Source: Octopus vulgaris (Eukaryota). Taken from it: a stretch of DNA of 64,000 nucleotides. The position numbers and the translations under genes are program-made. Below, piece by piece: positions 55,574 to 64,000 of the stretch (position 1 is its first letter; each line of letters opens with the position of its first letter). Under the pieces are notes generated by a model. The model worked only from the letters and a program-made list of their open reading frames with translations. It did no database searches and had not been told where the DNA came from. Where the stretch lies: positions 94,116,001 to 94,180,000 of the forward strand of contig OX597824.1 of the NCBI GenBank assembly GCA_951406725.2, in the 5' to 3' direction.

Positions 55574-55621
55574 CAGACAGATAGATAGACAAATAGACAG
55601 ATAGATAGATAGATAGATAGT

Positions 55622-55689
<68 letters not shown>

Positions 55690-55730
55690 CAGATAGATAG
55701 ACAAATAGACAGATAGATAGACAAATAGAC

Positions 55731-55815
<85 letters not shown>
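55473..55815. repeat. (GATA)n/(GACA)n
   Basis: Direct read. Confidence 0.95.
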
Positions 55816-55816
<1 letters not shown>

Positions 55817-56512
55817 GTGGTTTCCGCTGATGAACGTCTTATTCTTGGTTCAGACAACACGTATGTAGGACTACATTGTCCAATGTGTCCCTCTAGCCTC
55901 AACGTAGAGACATACTTCATTGTTAGCCCATATAGCTTGTGATAATGGCGAATCTTTACATGTGTCACTATCTACTGTATAAAGATAGTTCATTCAAATC
56001 GTTCCATTGAATTAAAGCCCCTTAAAATCTCCTGTTGTGTGTGTATGTCTGTGTGTGTTTGTAAGAGATAAAGAAGGGGTGAACGAGAGACAGAGCGCGA
56101 AAGACAGAGACGGAGAGATTGAGAGACATTGAGAGAGATTTGTTTTGTCTCGTAGGTTTATTTCTCGTTGATTTTATTCGTTGCTATTCATGTTATAAAT
56201 ATTAAACCGTATTCTGTAATATTTCTGACATCTTGATTCTTTTTCGTTCATCCTTTCATTCTTTCATTCGTACATTCATTCTTTCTTTCTTTCTGGCTTA
56301 CTTTTCTCATTTCTTTTCTTTTCTTTCTTTTCTTTTTACTATTCCATCTCTGTCTCTCCCTCTTTCTATCTCCCTCTTTTTCTATTTCTCCCTTCTGGAA
56401 GTGAATAAGCGATATAGAGAGGAATGAAAACCTGGTCCCTTATAAATGAGAGACAGACAAAGTGAGATCAAGTTTGTGGTAAGTATATTACTTTCTCTCC
56501 ATTGACTTAGCA

Positions 56513-56786
56513 CAGGGATTCTCAACCGCAGTCCATATGATCTTTAAGAGTCCGGACGACTTTCGGTGTGGGGGGAGGTCCATGTGACCCTTATGGTTCC
56601 ATGTAAAATTTTATTCTTAAGATTTCTCTGCAATAAATCGGTTGCATTTTTACAATACGTAAACTGTTTTAGCATATTTTTTATACAATTCTTAATAATA
56701 TTTAATCATAACAGCATAATAGGATTGTTTTAGGCATCAAATGGTTATTAGGGTCCAGAGGTAAAAAAAATGGTTGAGAACCCCTG
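56513..56786. mobile_element. hAT-family MITE
   Basis: TIRs cagggattctcaacc and ggttgagaacccctg (14/15); 8-bp TSD acttagca (56505-56512) and atttagca (56787-56794). Confidence 0.9.
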
Positions 56787-58124
56787 ATTTAGCAAAAACC
56801 CGAATAAATATTCTTCGCTAAGGATCTAAAAAGCCTGGAACATTTCCTAAGTTTTCATAGATCTTCTCTTCACGACTAAAACATGTATCCCATTACATAT
56901 CGCAAAAAAAGTAACTGGTGTAATTATTTTAGAAGCTCCCTTTCCTTGTGATTGGTTTTGTTAATCACTATTCAGCAATATTTACCTCTCCTTTACAGAG
57001 GGTGGTCTTAATTAATGATAACTCCCACCACCAACACCACCACATTAAGAATGTTAGAATGTACTTCATTATTTGGCGTTTCATATTGTTCATTGCGTGG
57101 TGACGGAAACTGCCATCCATGGAGTCCCCAGTTTTTGGAAATACTCATTAAGTACCCCGGACAAAATCACGCGTTGCACATTGGCAACGTATATCACCCA
57201 TTAGTCACCATATCAGGGTCACGGTGAAGTCCTCAGGCCCTGAAGAATGTGGAAATGCTATTATCATTGGAACGAAGAATAATAGTAGGAAATGGAAATT
57301 CAAAGCATGAAAAACATTTTGTCTTTAAATTTCTTTCCCTTTCGCCGAACAAATTACAATTTTATCAATCTTGGTCTGGAAAACTCGTCAGTTTGATTGT
57401 CATTGCAATTGTCTGTGGAACCTGCGACCATAGAGGAGAAATTAGCAATCGAAAGACATTCCATTGAAGAGAAATTAGCAATCGAAAGACAAAGATTGTT
57501 TATTAGTGTTTATAACTGAATGGCGAACGAGTTTCTCGGAATGAGTGATAAATTTAACTAGTTTAATTTAAAAGATTAATTAACTATCGCTGCTGCAGAA
57601 GTTGTCTCGAATTTAATTATAATGGCCGCATACTGCAGCACTAATAATCGTATTTAGTCGAAAATCTTTAAGACACGGTTTTCCTATAGAAAGAAGAGCG
57701 AGAATGTGTGTGAGAGAGAAAGAGAAAGAAAGAGAGAGAAAGAGGGAGAGAGAGAACATGGAACAGAGGCAAACGATTCTTTGCAACGGCCTAAATCCTA
57801 AAATATATTCGTCTCTGATCTCTTACCATTCAGAGAATTCCTTTATCCGTTCATTGAAAGTCACTGCGAAAACCACAAGCCTTTCTTGCCCTTAGTAATA
57901 TAAACTCAATAGACTCATTATACTTGCTCTCTTTTGATACATAAATACGTGTGCGCATGCGCACGCTCGCGCCCGCGTGTGTGTGTGTATGTGTTCACTT
58001 ATTTTTGTAGTTTGCGTATGAGTCATTATCTGTCTGTTTGTCGATGCTTTAAAGCACAGTGGTACAAATGCCTGCATTATATTCGTTAGTGTCATAGAAG
58101 TGACTCGAAACAATGTTTGTATTT

Positions 58125-58522
58125 CTTTTACCTTTTACTTGTTTCAGTCATTTGAAGGGGCCATACTGGGGCACTGCCCTAAAGGGTTTCAGGCAAACAT
58201 ATTGCCCCCAGTATTTATGTTTACCTTTTTAAGTTTGGTAATTATGTTATCGGTATCTTTTGCCGAAGCGCTATGTTATGGGGACATAAACAAACCAACA
58301 CTGACTATCAAGCGTACACATGCACACACACACATATGCTTGTGTGTGTGTGTTTACGAAAGGCTTCCACACAATTTCCCTCCACACAATTCATTCGAAA
58401 TGTGTATATTGACTCAGGGCTTAGTAGGAAAATCTTGCGCAATTTGCCGCGCACCCAGATCGAACCCGAGATTATGTGTGTTGTAAAGTCACTGTCTTTA
58501 ATACACAGCCGTACCTGCGCTT
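58125..58522 (-). mobile_element. SINE family B, old copy
   Basis: cttttacttgtttcagtcatt...atcggtatctttgccgaa...acacagccgtacctgcgc. Confidence 0.8.
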
Positions 58523-59339
58523 ATAGAATAATACACTTGCCCAAGGTGCTGCGTCGATTTTTATTCAAAACTGCAAATGGAATCACATCTGATCTTTCCA
58601 CCAAAACCACTTAGAAAACAATACACCTCTCTCCAAAGTGTATTGTCCCTGTTAAATAATCACTTATTAACCACAAGTAATCACTTATTACCCAATTGAG
58701 CAGAAATGGTATAGATGTGAGCTGTATTTTCCTAGACAGTGTTGCATACCAGATTTTATTTCGCTCTCTGAGATACATCCTCAGCCGTCCTCGCGCCCTT
58801 AAAGCTAACTTTGAAACTTCAGAACGAAGAATACTTCTAAAGTGGTGGAATATGAACCAAGTATATCACACAACGATGGTATTCAGCAGTCGAGATGAAT
58901 TAAAGGGCCCTTACAAAGAACACCTAAAGACACATATAACCAACACGTAGATGCATTTTGAGGCAGGGTTAATCTCAATCCTACATTTCTATCTCAATAC
59001 GTCTTAAAATTACGGACAACGAAATATTCTGATTATTCTATTTTCTAATATCAAACTTTATTTTTAGTCGAAATCACCAAAGTATGGTCCATCGGCCATT
59101 TTTAGGCAAAGAGTTAGGACGCTGAGTATTGCCATAACTTCCATAAAACATATGCAGCGTATATTTTAGAGAGTAAATAAAGAATGATAATAGGTAATAT
59201 AATGAGGTGCTAATATAAGTGATAGCAATAAAATAAGGTGTGATGGTAATAAAGAAACTAATGAAACTATATAAAATGAGATAGTCATAAAAAGAGGCGA
59301 TAAAAACATTGAGATAAGGAAAACACTATTATTAGACCA

Positions 59340-60330
59340 AGTACTTATTAACCCTAAATTCAAAGAAATTATGAAAATATCCTGCAGACAAAGAATGTGG
59401 AGAGGGAGAGGGAGAGGGGTTTCTTCCACAAATCAAGTATTGTGGGTGGGGAAAGATTTGTTCGTGGAAAGATTTGTTCGTAGCGTATCTGAGAGATATC
59501 CAGAAAGCACGAATAAGATTTGCTAAATTTGATAAACCGAGTTCTGTTGAAAATTGTGGAACTGGTGGAACCAGGGAATGAAGTTCAACTGAAGACGGTC
59601 GATGAGGGTCACAGTAAAATCAACGAGTCTGCAATAGTCTGTTGATGACAGATCCGTTGTAAGAACATAAAGAACTCATCAACAAGAAGACTGTCTATTC
59701 GACTTCATCTTTGGATAGAGTTGGCTGTTGTAGAGAGACGATAGAGTTCAGATGTTAGGAACTTGTCCCGATGATAGAATGAGTCTACCATTCTAAGTGA
59801 CACCCTGGTAACACAAGTAATATAAAAGTCCAATCTCAAATCAGGCGAAAATTTAAGACGTATGGGCATTAAAGAAGACAAAACTTTCAGGCTGTCATCC
59901 GTTGAAATAAGAACAGAAACTTCGTGATGTTGGTTTTGGAGTCATTAAATATAAAAATCTATTTATTTTCCATTTCACGAAATTAGATAACTAAAAGCAT
60001 TTCCCATTAAACACGGGTATGTGACGTTCTTAAAAACAAGATTAGAAGTTCGATATTCCTCGCAAATATATTAATATAAGAATCTTATAATTTTGTCCGA
60101 TAAATAATACATTAACTGCAGGAAGAATGTAGTTTCCTCTATAAATCTCTCGGTCATCGCTGAATTGATGTTATAAATGTCAAAGAATTGACCGTTGAGG
60201 ACAAAACTTTTTCCCGTTATGAATGATTTTGTGATGGAAAAGACACTGCCAAATATGCCGTATATGGTCCGTTTACGAAGCAATCATATACGCCAGTGCT
60301 TCTCAAAATGTTTTACCTATTGTCTTTTTT
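59340..60330 (-). mobile_element. Decayed CR1/L2-group LINE, RT to 3' end
   Basis: ORF 60071-60283 KSFITGKSFVLNGQFFDIYNINSAMTERFIEETTFFLQLMYYL aligns by eye to SFLSxRxxxVVLxGQ...INxGVPQGSxLGPTLFLxxINDL. Confidence 0.6.
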
Positions 60331-61605
60331 CTCTTACTAACAATTCTTCAAACCCCACCCCTTGCAACGACCTAATGCTTCTCTGTATTTGTGTTTTACA
60401 CACTCATAATAGCAGAACACAAAATTTTGTTCCGAGTGACTACCACGGGACTAGTCTGCCATTATTGAATGTTCGATGCATCATCACTTGGCCCTAGTTA
60501 TTAATCTAGCCTTTGCTACATGCCACCAGACAAACTCTTAGTTATTCTTCATTCTTGGAACCCTGAATGCATTTAACGGACTCTAAATTTGAGGATATTT
60601 CTCAGCAGGCCTTCACAAAGAGATGATAAAACCTTCCGTAGATACTAGCTAAGATTTATCGTTCCATTTTGACTTATACTGCATTTTCTACCTGTTTACA
60701 CATATACACATACACACGCACGCACGCACATACACACACATTCTGATTTTTTTTACCAACATGAAAATTTACGTCTTTTTATACTATTGAATATATCAAA
60801 GAATGAATAGATGACGTTCATAACTAGAAACAAGTAGCATTAAGATATATGTGCATTCATATGCACACGCAAACCAAAACGTTTCCCAACTCTACAAGTG
60901 CAGAGGCTGGCTTTATTGCATGTATGGAAATAACAACAAATTTTAACAATATCATTTAATTAATATTTTACTTTTGTTTATAATTTATCAGCATAGGTGA
61001 TATCGCTTTTTATTTTATTTCTAAGGCCTTATAGTGAACATATTTTGGGGAAAAGTTTGTCTATTATTTCTGGCAGATCAAGTAATTGTATAGAGCTTTC
61101 CTCTAAGCAAGGGTTAAAATGAAAGATGCTGTTGTTGTTGTCATTCTCGTGGTTGTTGTTGTTACTGATGTTATTATTGTTTTTATCGTTGTTGTTACTG
61201 TTCTTGTTGTCTCACAGACAATATTTCACTGTGTGTTCCTCATAATTCTTTAATTGAAAATCTTTTCGTTTTCTGTTTCTTTCCAGAACCATTAATTGCA
61301 TTCGACATCATTCCAAGAGGGATTACCGAGCCTTGTTAATCGACAAATCCTACGGGACTGGTGAACCAGAACAATTCTTAAGAACACACAAATATACACA
61401 CACTTGCACACACATACAGGCAAAGACAAACACTAATGCTACCTTTATATGCATATGAGCATATAAAGACACCGATATATATAAATATATGAATATGCAT
61501 ATACATACATATATATACATACTTGCATATGTATGTATATAAGTAAGCATACACATTTATATTCATATATATACATTCAATGTCGAACAGATAAACAATA
61601 CGCCG

Positions 61606-61661
<56 letters not shown>

Positions 61662-61761
61662 GTCTCAAAGTGTATTTTTAAATAAATATGTATATATGTA
61701 TATACTCAACGTATATAAATATATATGTATATATAAATATAATACATATACATATATATAG

Positions 61762-61810
<49 letters not shown>

Positions 61811-62486
61811 TACACAAATATTTTAATGTACATTCTTGTATGCGAGAATGTGTCTGTGTAAGCGTGAGTATATCGCAATGTATGGATGTATAGAAGATGG
61901 CATGATGGCTTAGCAGCTACAGTACATTACATATTAACAAGTTTATAGCAGTATAGCGCTAGGATGCAACTGTAGTGGCAATAAATCGTTTGGAAATCAC
62001 GGATAACAGACATATATTATGTGAGAAGATGAACTGATGGTGATGTGCTAGGGTAAAGACAGTCAGAGAGAACGTGGATATGCCTCAGATGTATGTGTGT
62101 ATGCGTGTGTAATTTGGGCGGGAAATGGAGAAAGGTAAAGGGCCAATGCGGCGTTTATACACAACCATATATACATACGCACACATACATTTATATATGT
62201 GTGTATTTGTGTGTGTGTGTGTGTGTATGTGCGTGTGCGTGCAGGTGTGTGTATATAGAATGTATCATACTTGCTTATATTCAATATGAAGTCCTCTAGG
62301 TAGGTCATGGTGTACGTTTGTGTTAAGAATATGCTATATATAGGTGTGTATGTGTATGTATTAATGTATATATATGTACATATATGCACACATACACACA
62401 CACATGCATATATTTTAAATATACATACATATAAATATAAATATATATCTATATATATACATACATATACATACATATATATATAC

Positions 62487-62539
<53 letters not shown>

Positions 62540-62639
62540 CATATTTACATACACACACACACACACATTTTTTCAGCTCATAGCTGCGGCCATGCTGATG
62601 CACCGCCGTTTCTGTATATTATATATATATGTATGTATG

Positions 62640-62670
<31 letters not shown>

Positions 62671-62687
62671 GTGTGTGTGTATATATG

Positions 62688-62751
<64 letters not shown>

Positions 62752-63084
62752 TGTATGTGTATGTGTGTATGTATGTTTAGGCAGAATACGGGGCGGGTGG
62801 GAGGCAAGGACAGAGAGAATGTGTCCATATGTGAGGTGAACAAGGGTAAATGATTTAAACATGCAGCATCTGTAATGAAATAGCCTATTTGAAATAACAA
62901 TCCGTTATAAACAAATCATCGTTGTCATCAGCATTATTATTATAATATACAAAGTTTATTAATCTTATACAAATCCGTAGATACACACACACATACATAT
63001 ATATATTTATATATATATAATGAAGGACAGACCTATTGTCATATATACACTTGCTGAGAGACAGGAGAGCTCCATTATCCATAT

Positions 63085-63370
<286 letters not shown>

Positions 63371-63399
63371 GCGCGTCATCCATTCATTTGGGGTTATCC

Positions 63400-64000
63400 A
63401 TCAAGATCCTATATGGCGTCCACTTTTCTTACGGTGAGATCTTTGATGGTTGACCAATTTCTACTGTAGACCCTCCATCTTTATTACATGTGGGGAAAAC
63501 AGGCAAAGCCATGGAGATAGCATTTATTGCTACATCTCTCCTAGTTACCTTATGCATGCATTTGGCTCTGTTACTCGTCGGAACTGAACTGTCTCCAAGA
63601 GAAACAGTCAGCAGCAGCACCCATCATGATTTCAGGCTTGATCTTCGATATCTTAACAGATATGGATGAGATTTTCATCTCATCCATAGAGTGCTTCTTC
63701 TGCTGTCCTGCTCAGGGTCGATCTTGGTGGAGCTGGTCGTATACCAGTTTGTGGAAGAGTTGACATGAAGCCAGTCCAAATACATACGTCCAACAGCTGA
63801 CAAATCATCATTAAGATAACACTTTTTCCACGCAGCATTATTTTCATGCAAAAACAATATGTAAGGCTCTCAGTAAGAAAGCATGTCCTGAAACAAATAC
63901 AATGACTCCATCTGTCTCAACACAAGAAATATTGGCGGGACATTCTCGTCAAAATTTCCGTCACAACAGACCTAAGAAAAATATGAATATTTGTATAAAC
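63400..64000 (-). mobile_element. Decayed RTE-clade LINE 3' fragment
   Basis: Minus strand KLVYDQLHQDRP*AGQQKKHSMDEMK...IKPEIMMGAAAD resembles the RTE motif KQLLYGELxxGxRxxGGQKKRYKDxLK...LAADR. Confidence 0.7.

Noticed and set aside
55826-55872. CTGATGA...caacacgtatgta-gg hammerhead-like trace
   Set aside because: The GAAA core is destroyed; at most a dead relic.
57436-57492. Direct repeat gagaaattagcaatcgaaagaca twice with a short spacer
   Set aside because: Two copies only; an ordinary local duplication, not CRISPR.
57951-57964. Perfect NRF1-like palindrome gtgcgcatgcgcac
   Set aside because: It is embedded in an alternating purine-pyrimidine microsatellite where such words arise easily.

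Overview
This is a repeat-saturated, AT-rich animal genomic window. By inference it comes from an octopod cephalopod, based on extreme microsatellite density and three tRNA-derived SINE families resembling those described from octopus. Nearly all ORFs in the supplied track are artefacts of microsatellites or SINEs, and I recognise no intact protein-coding gene. The window holds dozens of SINE copies (families A, B, C), decayed LINE fragments (R4/Dong-type, CR1/L2-type, RTE), hAT and Tc1/mariner-like DNA-transposon relics, and two Penelope-type hammerhead ribozyme cores. A chain of unique-sequence islands carries minus-strand splice signals (about 51.6, 40.4, 37.5 and 28.6-27.3 kb) and looks like the alternatively spliced 3' end of a large unidentified gene. 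The most interesting signal is that SINE family A forms head-to-tail multimers at three unlinked loci. All six internal junctions fall at the same nucleotide, in the loop of a head hairpin whose 3' arm is complementary to the element's own GAAATA tail, which suggests an RNA-structure-guided multimerisation mechanism.
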